Source of the DNA: Tagaea sp.
GTDB taxonomy: Bacteria > Pseudomonadota > Alphaproteobacteria > CACIAM-22H2
Direction of reading: 5' to 3'
Length of the DNA: 64,000 nt
NCBI GenBank assembly: GCA_965279525.1
Contig: CBDIIB010000004.1
Span: 1,184,001 to 1,248,000 of the forward strand
Shown here: piece after piece, positions 28,468 through 38,788 of the stretch
How the letters are laid out: each line of letters starts with the position of its first letter
Numbering within the stretch: the first letter of the stretch is position 1
Translations under genes and position numbers: made by a program
Notes under the pieces: model-generated
Seen by the model: the letters and a program-made list of their open reading frames with translations, nothing else
What the model was told of the DNA's origin: nothing
Databases searched by the model: none

Positions 28468-29650
28468 CGAACGGCAGGCCGACATAGTTCTCGGCAAGCG
28501 ATGTGCGCGCGGCGCGCGAAGAGACGATGTAGTCGAGATCGGCGAACTGCCGGCGCTCGTCGAACGGGGTCTCGTCGCCGAACCTGTGCAGCAGCGACGT
28601 CATCCACCACGAGAAGCGCTGCGCCTTCCAGATGCGCTTGAGCGCCGTGCGCGAATAGGCGTCCAGACGCGTGTCGTCGCCGCGCCGGTAGTGCGCCACG
28701 ATCGCACGCGCGAGCAGGCGCACGTCGGAGATCGCGAGGTTCATCCCCTTGGCACCCGTCGGCGGCACGATGTGGGCCGAATCGCCGGCCAGGAACAGCC
28801 GGCCGCTCTGCATGGGCTCGGTCACGAAACTGCGCATCGCCGTGATGCCCTTCTGCAGCACCGGCCCCTCGATCAGCTTCCAGTCCGGCCCGCCGGCGAG
28901 CCGCTTGCGCAGTTCGGCCCAGATCGCCGTGTCCGGCCAGTTCGCCACGTCGTCGGCCGGATCGCACTGGATGTAGAGCCGGCTGATCTCGGGCGAACGC
29001 ATCGACAGCAGCGCAAAGCCGCTTTCATGGCGCGCGTAGATCAGTTCGTGCGACGAGGGCGGCGCCTTGGCGAGGATGCCGAGCCAGCCGAACGGATAGG
29101 TGCGGTCGAAGAAGGCGAGCTCGCCTGCGGATACGGCCGGCCGGCTGATGCCATGGAAGCCGTCGCACCCGGCGATGAAATCACAGGCAAGCTCGTGCGG
29201 CCGGCCGCCCGCAACGTAGCGGATCGCCGGCTTCGTGCCCTTGAAGTCGTGCACCGATTCGACCTTCGCCTCGAACTCGATCCGGCCGCCCGCGGCGAGC
29301 CGGGCGGCGATCATGTCCTTGACCACCTCGTGCTGGCCATAGACGGTCACCGCCTTGCCGCCGGTAAGCTCGGCAAGATCGATGCGGTGCCCTTCGCCGC
29401 GGAAGCGGAACTCGATCCCGGTGTGGCGAAGCCCCTCGCGCTGCATGCGCGCACCCAGCCCGGCCTCGACCAGCAGGTCGGCGGCCCCCTGCTCGATCAC
29501 GCCGGCGCGGATGCGGTCCTCGACATAGGCGCGCGTGCGGTCTTCGAGGACGACCGATTCGATCCCTTCCAGATGCAGCAGGTGCGACAGCAGCAGCCCC
29601 GCCGGCCCGGCGCCGACGATGCCGACCTGCGTGCGCGCCTGCACGCTCAC
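28460..29650 (-). CDS. pobA: 4-hydroxybenzoate 3-monooxygenase
   Basis: TQVGIVGAGPAGLLL, RIRAGV, VYGQHEV, GCDGFHG, YPFGWLGIL, GDSAHIVPPTGAKGMNLA, LAENYVGLP. Confidence 0.95.
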   Translation of the reverse strand: MSVQARTQVGIVGAGPAGLLLSHLLHLEGIESVVLEDRTRAYVEDRIRAGVIEQGAADLLVEAGLGARMQREGLRHTGIEFRFRGEGHRIDLAELTGGKAVTVYGQHEVVKDMIAARLAAGGRIEFEAKVESVHDFKGTKPAIRYVAGGRPHELACDFIAGCDGFHGISRPAVSAGELAFFDRTYPFGWLGILAKAPPSSHELIYARHESGFALLSMRSPEISRLYIQCDPADDVANWPDTAIWAELRKRLAGGPDWKLIEGPVLQKGITAMRSFVTEPMQSGRLFLAGDSAHIVPPTGAKGMNLAISDVRLLARAIVAHYRRGDDTRLDAYSRTALKRIWKAQRFSWWMTSLLHRFGDETPFDERRQFADLDYIVSSRAARTSLAENYVGLPFDD

Positions 29651-30819
29651 TTCGACATGTCCTTGTCGGGCTGGTCGCCCAGCACCTCGCGCACCATCGC
29701 GAACGCGCCGTTGACCGCCGGCACGCCGGCATAGATCGCGGCATGCAGCAGCAGGGCCTGCAGCTCGGCCATCGTCACGCCGTTCTTCAGCGCCGGCTTG
29801 ATGTGGAGCTTGAACTCCGCCTCGCGGCCCAGCGCCACCATCATCGCGAGCGTGACGAGCGAGCGGGTCTTCCACGCCAATGCGGGATTGCCCCAGGTCT
29901 CGCCCCAGGCCGTGCGCGTGATGAAATCCTGCCACGGCATCGAGAAGGCGCCGGCCCCGGCAAGCGAGCGCTGCACGTGCTCGACGCCGAGCACAGCCTT
30001 GCGGTTGGCGATCCCGGCGGCGAAAAGCGCGTCGTCGCCCGCCGCGACTTCCGGCAGGAACCCGCGCAGCACGGCGACGGTTTCTTCCGGCCGTTCGATC
30101 GCCAGCAGGTGGGAGGCCTTCTCGACGACGGCGACACGCGCGCCGGCGATGCCGGCGGCAAGCTCGCGCGACATCTTCACGTCGGTGACGGGATCGTGTG
30201 CCCCCGCCACGACGAGCGTGACGGCGGAGATGCGCTTGAGCGCGGGCCTGAGGTCCATCGCGCCGATCGCAAGGCAGCAGGCGGCGTAGCCCGCCGGATC
30301 GATGCCGAGAAAAAGGGAACGGTAATTCGCGAGCCGGACAGGATCGACGCCTTGCGTGAACCAGCGCGCCATCACCGCATCGACGATGGCGCCCATGCCG
30401 CCCTTCTGCACTGCGTCGGCGCGCGCTTGCCAACCTTCCGGCGGCGGAAGGTGGGCGGCGGTCGCCATCAGCACGAGATTGGCGATCTTGTCGGGATGGT
30501 GGATCGCCAGCGACTGTGCCGTCATGCCGCCCAGCGAAAGGCCCACGACATGCGCGCGCGCGATGCCGAGTGCGTCGAGCAGGCCGGCAAGATCGTCGGC
30601 GAGCATGCGCACCGTGACGGGGCCGGGCCGGGCCGGCGAGCGGCCGTGGCCGCACGTGTCGTAGCGCAGGCAGCGATAGGAAGGTGCCAGCGGCCGGACG
30701 ACCTGGTCCCACATCTCCAGCGTCGTGCCGAGCGAATTTGAGAACACGATGACCGGACCGTCGGCGGCACCGGTCAGATCGTAGAAGAGCTTCGTCCCGT
30801 TGGCTTCGATCAGGGGCAT
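29647..30819 (-). CDS. pcaD: Fused 3-oxoadipate enol-lactonase / 4-carboxymuconolactone decarboxylase (PcaDC, PcaL-type)
   Basis: SNSLGT..MWD, YDT.GHG, GLSLGG, followed by a CMD domain (RKAVLG.EHV, QDFITRTAWG..W, AIYAGVPA). Confidence 0.9.
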   Translation of the reverse strand: MPLIEANGTKLFYDLTGAADGPVIVFSNSLGTTLEMWDQVVRPLAPSYRCLRYDTCGHGRSPARPGPVTVRMLADDLAGLLDALGIARAHVVGLSLGGMTAQSLAIHHPDKIANLVLMATAAHLPPPEGWQARADAVQKGGMGAIVDAVMARWFTQGVDPVRLANYRSLFLGIDPAGYAACCLAIGAMDLRPALKRISAVTLVVAGAHDPVTDVKMSRELAAGIAGARVAVVEKASHLLAIERPEETVAVLRGFLPEVAAGDDALFAAGIANRKAVLGVEHVQRSLAGAGAFSMPWQDFITRTAWGETWGNPALAWKTRSLVTLAMMVALGREAEFKLHIKPALKNGVTMAELQALLLHAAIYAGVPAVNGAFAMVREVLGDQPDKDMSK

Positions 30820-30829
30820 GGAATTTCCA

Positions 30830-32191
30830 TCAGGCGGAAGGTGAAAGCTTGGCGGCGACATCGCGCACATAGGCGACGGCCGGCGCCACGCGCGCCTGTG
30901 CCGCCGCGACGGCAGGTGCCGGGTCGAAGACCTTGTCGAGCGTCGCGGCATCGAGCATGCCGGCGGCGGCCAGTGCCTCGCGCAGCGTGCCGCCGGTCTC
31001 GCGCACCTTGGTGGCGGCGGCTTCGACGGCCGCGTGTGCTGCACCGCGACCGAGCTTCGGCGTAAGGGCCGTCGCCGCCGCATCGGCATAGACGAGGCCA
31101 CGCGTGACGCCCAGATTTTGCGCCATCGCCGCCGGATCGACGACCAGCCCTTCGGCGAGCAAGCGTGCCTGCGCGCACGCACCCGACGCGAGCCCGAAGA
31201 GCGTCGCCAGCGCATGCCATTCAGCGTGCCAGGCACCCGCCGGCCGTTCATGCCCTGCGACAAGGCTTGCCGCCAGCGAAGCCGCATGGCCGTGTGCTGC
31301 CTGCGCGTTGGCGAGGATGACGGCAGCGGCAATCGGATTGCGCTTGTGCGGCATGGCCGACGAACCGCCGCGGCCGGGAATGTGCGGCTCGGCGACCTCG
31401 CCCACTTCGGTCGAGGCGAGATGCACGACATCGCCCGCCATCTTGGCAAGCGTGCCGCACAGCAACGCCAGCCACTGGCCGGCTGCCGCGATCCCGCCGC
31501 GCCGTGCGTGCCACGCGATGACCGGGCGGGAAAGGCCGAGATCCGCCGCGAAACCGGAAAGCACGGCTTCGGCCTTGTCGCCCATCGCCGCAAGCGTGCC
31601 GACCGGCCCGCCAAGCTGTGCGCGGCAGGCATCGACGCGCACCGCCGGCAGGCGTGCGGCTGCTTCGCCGATTCCGGCCGCCCACACCGCGACCTTGAAG
31701 CCGAACGACACCGGGGCCGCATGCTGGCCATAGGTGCGCCCGATGCATGGCGTGCCGGCATGGCGCTCGGCCATCGCGGCAAGACCGGCAAGGATCGCGC
31801 GAAGCTCGACGGCCAGCAGGTCGAACGCCGCAAGCACCTGGAGCGCCAGTGCGCTGTCGGCGATATCCTGGGTCGTGGCGCCGAAATGGACCGACGCCTC
31901 CAGATCCTTCGGCAGCTTCTGCTGCAATGCCTTGACGAACGGGATCGGCAGCACACCGGACAGGGCCGTGCCCTGCCCGAGGGCGTCGAGATCGAACGCG
32001 TCGGCGCCGATCGCGTCGATGGCGGGGGCAAGGCCCGCCGGTACGAGCCCGTGCGCGGCCTGTGCGCGCGCCAATGCCGCTTCGACGCGCAGCATGCAGG
32101 CGATCGTGGCGCGGTCGGCGAAGACCGCGGCCATCTGCGGTGCGGCGAACAGCCGTCCGAAGAGCTGCGAGTCGAGCGGGGAAAACGCCAT
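30830..32191 (-). CDS. pcaB: 3-carboxy-cis,cis-muconate cycloisomerase
   Basis: VEAALARAQA, VHFGATTQDI.D, QLGGPVGT, GGSSAMPHKRNP, HER..GAWHAEW. Confidence 0.93.
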   Translation of the reverse strand: MAFSPLDSQLFGRLFAAPQMAAVFADRATIACMLRVEAALARAQAAHGLVPAGLAPAIDAIGADAFDLDALGQGTALSGVLPIPFVKALQQKLPKDLEASVHFGATTQDIADSALALQVLAAFDLLAVELRAILAGLAAMAERHAGTPCIGRTYGQHAAPVSFGFKVAVWAAGIGEAAARLPAVRVDACRAQLGGPVGTLAAMGDKAEAVLSGFAADLGLSRPVIAWHARRGGIAAAGQWLALLCGTLAKMAGDVVHLASTEVGEVAEPHIPGRGGSSAMPHKRNPIAAAVILANAQAAHGHAASLAASLVAGHERPAGAWHAEWHALATLFGLASGACAQARLLAEGLVVDPAAMAQNLGVTRGLVYADAAATALTPKLGRGAAHAAVEAAATKVRETGGTLREALAAAGMLDAATLDKVFDPAPAVAAAQARVAPAVAYVRDVAAKLSPSA

Positions 32192-32198
32192 CGCCGGA

Positions 32199-32780
32199 TC
32201 AGGCCTCGAAGAAGGCCGTCTCTCCGGCCCCCTGCAGGCGGATGTCAAAACGGTAGACGCCGCCTGCAACCGCCGGGGCGACGAGCGTGGCGCGCGCGTC
32301 GGCCGGCACCAGTGCGAGGACCGGGTCGACGGCGTTCGCCGCCGTCTCGTCGGCGAAATAGATGCGCGTGTGCAGGCGGTTCAGCAGGCCGCGCCCGAAG
32401 ACGCCGACATTGATGTGCGGCGCCTGCGTGCGTCCGCCCGGGCCCGGGACCGGACCCGGCTTGACGGTCGCGAACGCGAAGCGGCCCTCCTTGTCGGTCA
32501 TGATCCGCGCGAAACCGCCGAAGCCGGCATTGCGCGCGCGCGGATCGGCCGGGTGCGCATAGCGCCCCTGCCCGTCCGCCTGCCAGATTTCGAGGAAGGC
32601 GTCGGCGACCGGTGCCCCGTCGCCGTCGAGGATCGTTCCCTCGACGCGGATCGGCGTGCCCGCTGCAGGGTCGGCGATGTCGGTCGCAAAAATCTCGCCA
32701 AAGCCGTAGTCGCGCGGCGTCAGGCAATAGTGGAAGAAGGGTCCGACCGTCTGCGACGGCGTGATGCCATGCTCAGCCAT
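32199..32780 (-). CDS. pcaG: Protocatechuate 3,4-dioxygenase alpha subunit
   Basis: TPSQTVGPF, EIWQAD..GRY, QAPHINV, RIYF, YRFDIRLQG..ET.FF. Confidence 0.95.
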   Translation of the reverse strand: MAEHGITPSQTVGPFFHYCLTPRDYGFGEIFATDIADPAAGTPIRVEGTILDGDGAPVADAFLEIWQADGQGRYAHPADPRARNAGFGGFARIMTDKEGRFAFATVKPGPVPGPGGRTQAPHINVGVFGRGLLNRLHTRIYFADETAANAVDPVLALVPADARATLVAPAVAGGVYRFDIRLQGAGETAFFEA

Positions 32781-33480
32781 GCGCGGCCTCCGTCGGCGTC
32801 GCCTCGCGGCCGCGAAGGACGATGTCCCAGCGATAGCCGAGCGCCCATTCGGGCTTGGTCGTGTCGAGATCGAAGCGGGCGACCATGCGCAGGCGCGCCT
32901 TCTCGTCGCGTACGGCGTTCATCAGCGGATCGAGCGCGTGCAGCGGGTCGCCGGGGAAATACATCTGGGTCACGAGGCGCGACAGGAACGACGTGCCGAA
33001 CAGCGAGAAATGGATGTGCGCCGGCCGCCAGGCGTTGGCGTGGTTGCGCCACGGATAGGCGCCGGGCCGGATCGTCGTGAAGCTGTAGCGGCCCTCGGCA
33101 TCCGTCACCACGCGACCGGCACCGAAGAAATTGGGATCGAGCGGGGCCGGATGCTGGTCGGCGACATGCACGTAGCGGCCGGCGGCGTTCGCCTGCCAGA
33201 CCTCGACCAGCGTGTCGGGCACCGGCCGGCCGGCCTCGTCGAGGACGCGGCCCGCGACGATGATGCGCTCGCCCTGCGCGCCGCCGTCCGGTCCCTTCGT
33301 CAGGTCGGCATCGTCGGCAGCGATACGGTCGCGCCCGTAGAGCGGGCCGGTCAGTTCCGACAGCGTCGCCGGGATCGGCACGAGCGGCCGGAGCGGCGCC
33401 CGGCGGGCCGTGCTGCGATATTCGGCCGAAAGCGACGGAGCGTGGGTCGCCAGGCTTTCCTTCGGATAGATCGATGTCAT
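32773..33480 (-). CDS. pcaH: Protocatechuate 3,4-dioxygenase beta subunit
   Basis: SELTGP, GERIIV.GRV, WQANAAGRY.H, PGAYPWRNH.NAWRPAHIHFS, TQMYFPGDP. Confidence 0.95.
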   Translation of the reverse strand: MTSIYPKESLATHAPSLSAEYRSTARRAPLRPLVPIPATLSELTGPLYGRDRIAADDADLTKGPDGGAQGERIIVAGRVLDEAGRPVPDTLVEVWQANAAGRYVHVADQHPAPLDPNFFGAGRVVTDAEGRYSFTTIRPGAYPWRNHANAWRPAHIHFSLFGTSFLSRLVTQMYFPGDPLHALDPLMNAVRDEKARLRMVARFDLDTTKPEWALGYRWDIVLRGREATPTEAAHG

Positions 33481-33544
33481 GGAAGCCCTCCTCCGAGCCC
33501 GTCCCGGGTCGAGCTTACCTAATTCGGCCGCCGGAGGGATAGCG

Positions 33545-34624
33545 TCAGGCGCGCGGAACGAGCGAAACGCCGATGCGCGTCAGGCCGAGCCATGCCTCTG
33601 AGCCCGGCGGCTTGGGCTCGGACACGTTCTTGTCGACGACGAAGAGTTCGCCGACCGACGTCATGACCGTGTACTCCATATGCGTGCCCAGATAGGCCGC
33701 CTTGGCGATCTTGCCGGGCAGCGCCGGCCCGCCGGTCGGCGACAGCGTGAGCGCCAGCGCTTCGGGACGAATGGCGACCTTCGCCGGACCCGGCGTGAGG
33801 TTCCGCGCCGGCAGCTGGAGCGACACGTCGCCCACGCGCGCGGTCGCCATGCCGTCGGCGATCTTCTCGACCGTCGCCTCGACGATGTTCGAATCGCCCA
33901 TGAAGTCGGCGACGAACAGGCTGACCGGGGATTCGTAGAGTTCGCGGGGCGAGCCGGCCTGGGCGATCTTGGCGTTCGACATGACGATCACGCGGTCGGA
34001 CACGGCCAGCGCTTCCTGCTGGTCGTGTGTCACATAGACGACCGTCAGGTTCAGGTCGCGCTGGAGATCGCGGATGTCCTCGCGCACGCGCCGGCGCAGC
34101 TTGGCATCGAGGTTGGACAGCGGCTCGTCGAACAGCAGCACCTGCGGCTCGAGCGTCAGCGCGCGCGCGACGGCCACGCGCTGCTGCTGGCCGCCGGACA
34201 GTTCGGACGGCAGGCGTTCGTCGTACCCCTTGAGGCCGACGAGTTCGAGCTTCTCGCGCGCCATCTCGCGCGCCTTCTCTTTGGGCTGGCCCTGCACGCT
34301 GGGACCGTAGGCGACGTTGTCGATGACGTTCATGTGCGGGAACAGCGCATAGGACTGGAACACCATCGACACGTCGCGGTCGGCCGCCGACAGGCGCGTG
34401 ACGTCGGTGCCGCCGATCAGGATCTGGCCCTCGGTCGCGATCTCGAGGCCGGCGACGAGCCGCAGCGTGGTCGTCTTGCCGCAGCCCGACGGGCCCAGCA
34501 GCGTGACCAGCGTTCCCGGCTCGACCTTGAACGAAACGTCGTCGACTGCGGCGACCGTGCCGTAGCGCTTGATGACGTTACGGAATTCGACCGAAGCCGG
34601 TCCCTTCTTGAAACTCTTGGTCAT
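33545..34624 (-). CDS. ABC transporter ATP-binding protein (AfuC/FbpC-like)
   Basis: [43 protein letters not shown]-terminal TOBE domain. Confidence 0.9.
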   Translation of the reverse strand: MTKSFKKGPASVEFRNVIKRYGTVAAVDDVSFKVEPGTLVTLLGPSGCGKTTTLRLVAGLEIATEGQILIGGTDVTRLSAADRDVSMVFQSYALFPHMNVIDNVAYGPSVQGQPKEKAREMAREKLELVGLKGYDERLPSELSGGQQQRVAVARALTLEPQVLLFDEPLSNLDAKLRRRVREDIRDLQRDLNLTVVYVTHDQQEALAVSDRVIVMSNAKIAQAGSPRELYESPVSLFVADFMGDSNIVEATVEKIADGMATARVGDVSLQLPARNLTPGPAKVAIRPEALALTLSPTGGPALPGKIAKAAYLGTHMEYTVMTSVGELFVVDKNVSEPKPPGSEAWLGLTRIGVSLVPRA

Positions 34625-34631
34625 GGCACCC

Positions 34632-36824
34632 TCAATGGCCGCCGAAGGCCGCGACCTGCTGGCCGCGGCGGCCGAGCTGGCGCTTGCCGACGGCAAGCTG
34701 GATCAGGACGATGGCGAGCGCCATCACGAGAATGAGGACGCTCGAATAGGCGATCGCGAGCGCGAACTCGCCGGCTTCGACCCGGCCGACGATATAGCCC
34801 GTCGCCATGTTGTGGCGCGCACTCGTCAGGAAGATGACCGCGGAGACCGCCGTCATCGCATGGACGAAGCTGAACACGAGCGTGGCCACGATCGCCGGAC
34901 GCAGCAGCGGCATCACGACGCGCCACACGGTCTGGCCGGTGCGCGCACCCAGCGTCAGCGACGCCTCGTCGAGGCTCTTGTCGATCTGGGCGAGGGCCGC
35001 CATGCCCGCGCGCACGCCGACCGGCATGTTGCGGAAGACGAAGCAGATCACGAGGATGAGCCCCGTGCCGGTCATCTCGATCGGCGGCACGTTGAAGGCG
35101 AGGATGTACGACACGCCGACGACCGTGCCCGGGATCGCGAAGGACAGCATCGTCATGAACTCGAACGTCCGCTGGCCGGCGAAGCGCTGGCGGGCCAGCA
35201 GATAGGCGACGAGCAGGCCGAGGGCCGCCGTCAGCGGGGCGGAAATCGCCGAGACCTGCAGCGTGGTCGACAGCGAATCCCACGCCGAGCCCGAGAAGAA
35301 CAGGCCGCGGTCGATCTGCTCGATCCGGAAGGCGTCGAGATAATGGCGCCACGTGAAAGTCAGGTCGAAACGGCCGATATCGTGCACGAAGCCGCCGAAG
35401 ATCACGATGGCGTAGGTCACGACCGTGAAGAAGGCCCACGGGATCGTCGTCCAGTAGAGGATCCGGCGCAGCGTGACGGGGAGTTCGGCGGCAAGGCCCG
35501 AATCGCCCTTGCCCGTCACCGTCACGTAGCTCTGCTTGCCGAGCCAGCGCATCTGGACCCAGAAGGCGCCAAGCGTCAGCCCGAGCAGCAGGATCGCCAG
35601 CATCGCGGCGCGCCCCGGATCGTGCTGCGCACCGACGATGGCGAAGAAGATCTTGGTCGACAGCACGTCGAAATTCCCGCCGAGGACGAGGGGATTGCCG
35701 AAGTCGGAGAGGCTTTCGACGAAGCCGAGAAGGAACGCGGCGGCGAGGCCCGGCCGCAACAGCGGCCAGGTCACCGTGCGAAACGTCTGCCAGCGCGAGG
35801 CGCCCAACGTCTGCGAGGCTTCCTCCAGCGACGGGCTGATGCCCTCGACGACGCCGATCATGACGAGGAAGGCGATCGGGATCTGCGACAGGAGCTGCGA
35901 CAGCAGCACGCCCGGCAGACCGTAGACCCAGCGGGCCGGCGGAATGCCGAACGCGTATTCAAGGAACCAGGTGACGATGCCCGTCCGCCCGAACAGCACG
36001 ACGATGGCGAGCGAGATCACGAAGGGCGGCGTGATGATCGGCAGGATCGTCAGGGCACGCATCATCTTGCGATAGGGCATCTGGGTGCGCACCACGACGA
36101 GCGCGAAGGCGAGGCCCAGCAGCGTCGAGATCACGCCGGTCAGCGTGCCGAGCAGCACGGTGTTGAACATCACGCCGCAGCGCTGTCCGCCGGCGAGGCA
36201 GTCGAGGCTCCAGATGTCGTCGGCAAGCAGGCGGCGCACGAACAGGTCCAGCGCCAGGTGGCCTTCCTCGTCGGTGACGGCGCCGGCAAGCATCGTGGCG
36301 ATCGGGTAGAAGACGAAAGCGAGGATCAGCGCGCTGGAAATCACGACGCCACCCGCCACGAACGCGTCACCGCGGAACTGGCCGAGTGCCGCGATGCCCA
36401 GCGCCACCCAGACGAGGAACGCCGAAAGGATGAGTGTCGCACCCCAGCCGAAGCCGAACTGCTGGGTGTCGACCTCGCCGAAGATGGCGACGAGCCATTT
36501 CCAGCCGAGCCCCTGCAGGCCGATCGCGAAGCCCTGGGCGAGCGTGAAGACGATGCCGGCAACACCGGCGGCGATCAGCGTGCGGCCGAAGCGCGTGTCC
36601 GCCCGGTCGAAGAAGAGCGAAGCCCCGCCCGCGAGGATCGGGACAAGCACCGCCCACAGCCACGGGCGGTCGGAGAGCGCGTAGAAGAATCCGGAGGCGG
36701 TGCGTTCGTCGGGATAGACCGCGAGCCACTCGAACGCGAAGAACCCTTCCTCCTGCAATTGCCACGGGATCAGGAAGAATGCGGCGGCCGCAAGGATGAA
36801 CCACAACCCGACAAGCCGCCGCAT
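34632..36824 (-). CDS. ABC transporter double permease (AfuB/FbpB-like)
   Basis: Two EAA loops (LEEASQTLGA, LDEASLTLGA); LPIITPPFV, DFGNPL, FAIPGTV. Confidence 0.9.
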   Translation of the reverse strand: MRRLVGLWFILAAAAFFLIPWQLQEEGFFAFEWLAVYPDERTASGFFYALSDRPWLWAVLVPILAGGASLFFDRADTRFGRTLIAAGVAGIVFTLAQGFAIGLQGLGWKWLVAIFGEVDTQQFGFGWGATLILSAFLVWVALGIAALGQFRGDAFVAGGVVISSALILAFVFYPIATMLAGAVTDEEGHLALDLFVRRLLADDIWSLDCLAGGQRCGVMFNTVLLGTLTGVISTLLGLAFALVVVRTQMPYRKMMRALTILPIITPPFVISLAIVVLFGRTGIVTWFLEYAFGIPPARWVYGLPGVLLSQLLSQIPIAFLVMIGVVEGISPSLEEASQTLGASRWQTFRTVTWPLLRPGLAAAFLLGFVESLSDFGNPLVLGGNFDVLSTKIFFAIVGAQHDPGRAAMLAILLLGLTLGAFWVQMRWLGKQSYVTVTGKGDSGLAAELPVTLRRILYWTTIPWAFFTVVTYAIVIFGGFVHDIGRFDLTFTWRHYLDAFRIEQIDRGLFFSGSAWDSLSTTLQVSAISAPLTAALGLLVAYLLARQRFAGQRTFEFMTMLSFAIPGTVVGVSYILAFNVPPIEMTGTGLILVICFVFRNMPVGVRAGMAALAQIDKSLDEASLTLGARTGQTVWRVVMPLLRPAIVATLVFSFVHAMTAVSAVIFLTSARHNMATGYIVGRVEAGEFALAIAYSSVLILVMALAIVLIQLAVGKRQLGRRGQQVAAFGGH

Positions 36825-36861
36825 CGACGTTAGACCCCGTTCTTATGGAATGCGCGGCGGC

Positions 36862-37887
36862 TCAGGAGCCGCTGCGCACTTCCTTGCCCCAACGCTGCAG
36901 CAGACGCTCGCGCTCGGCCGAACCGCCGAAGCGCTGGAAGTCGTACTGGATGAGCGTGATGTCCTGCATTTTCGGTGCCGCGGCCGGGATCACCGAGTTC
37001 TTGTTCGACGGGATCTGGAAGGAGTTGGCCTTTTCGCCCAGCGCCTGGGTGGCCGGCGTCAGCGCCCAGTCGTAGAACTTCTTCGCGTTGGCGAGATTGC
37101 GCGTGCCCTTGATGATCGACATCGAGCCGATCTCGTAGCCAGTGCCTTCGCAAGGCGCCACGATCTTGACCGGTGCGCCGGCCAGGACCTGCGTGACCGC
37201 ATCGTGCAGGAACGTGATGCCGATCAGCGATTCGCCGGTCGCTGCCGAACGGGCCGGTGCGGCACCCGAGCGGGTGTACTGGTTGACGTTGCGGTGGAGC
37301 GCCTTCATGAAGTCGAACGCCTGCTCCTCGCCGAACATCTGCACGAACGTCGCGAGCATCGTATAGGACGTGCCCGACGAGTTCGGATCGGCGACCTGGA
37401 CTTCGCCCTTGTAGGCCGGGTTCGTCAGGTCGCGCCAGCACTTGGGCTCGGGCAGGCCCTTCTGGGCGAGCGTGCGCGTGTTGAACGAATAGCCGAGCGC
37501 GCCCGAGTAGATGCCGACGGTGCGGAACTTCGAGAGTTCGGCCTGACGCACGGCCCAGTCGTAGAGGTCCTTCATCATCGGCGACTTGTATTCGACCGTC
37601 AGGTTCTCTTCGGCGGCCTGCAGATGCGGATCACCCGTCCCGCCCCACCACACGTCGCCGCGGGGGTTCTGGCGCTCGGCCTTGATCTGGGCGAACGTCT
37701 CGCCCGACGACTTGCGGGTCATGTTGACCTTGATGCCGGTCTGGCGCTCGAACTCGGTCGCCATCGGACGGCACCACTCTTCCTGCACCGAGCAGTAGAG
37801 CGACAGCTGGCCTTGAGCCGCGGCAGGCTGGACGAAAGCGATCGACGCGGCCGCGAGGGCCAAGCCGAAAATGGGGCGTGCGTTCAT
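36862..37887 (-). CDS. ABC substrate-binding protein, AfuA-like (sugar-phosphate/Fe3+ family)
   Basis: LYCS..EEWC, RKSSGET, NPRGDVWWGGTGDPH, PKCW.DL, ADPNSSGT.Y, FLHD, PCEGTGYEIG. Confidence 0.85.
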   Translation of the reverse strand: MNARPIFGLALAAASIAFVQPAAAQGQLSLYCSVQEEWCRPMATEFERQTGIKVNMTRKSSGETFAQIKAERQNPRGDVWWGGTGDPHLQAAEENLTVEYKSPMMKDLYDWAVRQAELSKFRTVGIYSGALGYSFNTRTLAQKGLPEPKCWRDLTNPAYKGEVQVADPNSSGTSYTMLATFVQMFGEEQAFDFMKALHRNVNQYTRSGAAPARSAATGESLIGITFLHDAVTQVLAGAPVKIVAPCEGTGYEIGSMSIIKGTRNLANAKKFYDWALTPATQALGEKANSFQIPSNKNSVIPAAAPKMQDITLIQYDFQRFGGSAERERLLQRWGKEVRSGS

Positions 37888-37934
37888 TGTGGGGGCCTCC
37901 CTAATTTTGCCGCGACGACTATCGCGGACATTCT

Positions 37935-37950
37935 TGGAATATTTGTTGCA
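37935..37950. promoter_or_regulatory. IolR-like operator upstream of the Afu-like operon
   Basis: TGGAA-TATTTG-TTGCA, one mismatch from GGAA-N6-TTCC. Confidence 0.5.
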
Positions 37951-38005
37951 GTTTGATGACCATACGGGCCGAAAGTCAACCATTCAGGGCCCGCCCGGAC
38001 GACGT

Positions 38006-38788
38006 TCAGTCGTAAGCACCCATCACGTGCTGGTCGAAGTCGATCACCGAGCCGGTCATCATTTCTCCGGCGTCGGACAACAGGTGGATGACCAGCGTCG
38101 ACACGTCGTCGGGCTTCAGGATCCGCCCGAAGGGCTGGTTCGGCTCGGCCTTCTCCAGCCAGTCCGCCGGGCGGCCGTCGCGGGCCTGGATCGCGTGTTC
38201 GCCGGGCGTTTCCATCCAGCCGATATTGACGCCGTTGACGCGGATGCGGTCGGCGCGGACCGCATGCGCCACGTTCTTCGTCAGGACCGCGAGCGCGCCC
38301 TTGGAGGCCGAATAGGCCGTCAGGAAGGGTTGCCCACCATGCGAGGACCGGGTGATGATGTTGACGATGCTGCCCCCGCCGCCGCGCGTCTTGGCATGGC
38401 GCACGAACTCCTGCGTCAGGATGAAGGGGGCGCGCGCGTTGACCGCGAACAGGCGGTCCCACAGTTCGACGCTGGTGTTCTCGATCGTGCCGCGGTCGGT
38501 CAGCGCACCCGAATTTACCAGCCCGTCGACGCGCCCGAATTTCGCCACCGCCTTGGCGAACACGCCGCGCACCTGCGCCTCGTCGCCAAGTTCGGCCGCC
38601 ACGAAAAGCGTCGGGCAGCCGGCAGCCGAGATCGACGCCGCGACCTTCTCGCCGCGCGCGGCATTGCGCCCGGTGATGCACACGCCCTTGGCGCCGCCCG
38701 CGGCGGCGTCGCGCGCGATCGTCTCGCCCAGGCCTTGCGTTGCACCGGTGACGACGACGACCTTCCCGTCCAAGCGCGTGCTTCTCAT
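38006..38788 (-). CDS. Short-chain dehydrogenase/reductase, coupled to iolG
   Basis: VTGATQGLG, YSASKGA (YxxxK), IRVN; ATGA overlap with iolG. Confidence 0.9.
   Translation of the reverse strand: MRSTRLDGKVVVVTGATQGLGETIARDAAAGGAKGVCITGRNAARGEKVAASISAAGCPTLFVAAELGDEAQVRGVFAKAVAKFGRVDGLVNSGALTDRGTIENTSVELWDRLFAVNARAPFILTQEFVRHAKTRGGGGSIVNIITRSSHGGQPFLTAYSASKGALAVLTKNVAHAVRADRIRVNGVNIGWMETPGEHAIQARDGRPADWLEKAEPNQPFGRILKPDDVSTLVIHLLSDAGEMMTGSVIDFDQHVMGAYD

Noticed and set aside
28460-32031. 750-aa and 794-aa ORFs suggesting large pobA or pcaD fusions
   Set aside because: The extensions are stop-free alternative frames over neighbouring genes; only the PcaD-PcaC fusion has motif support
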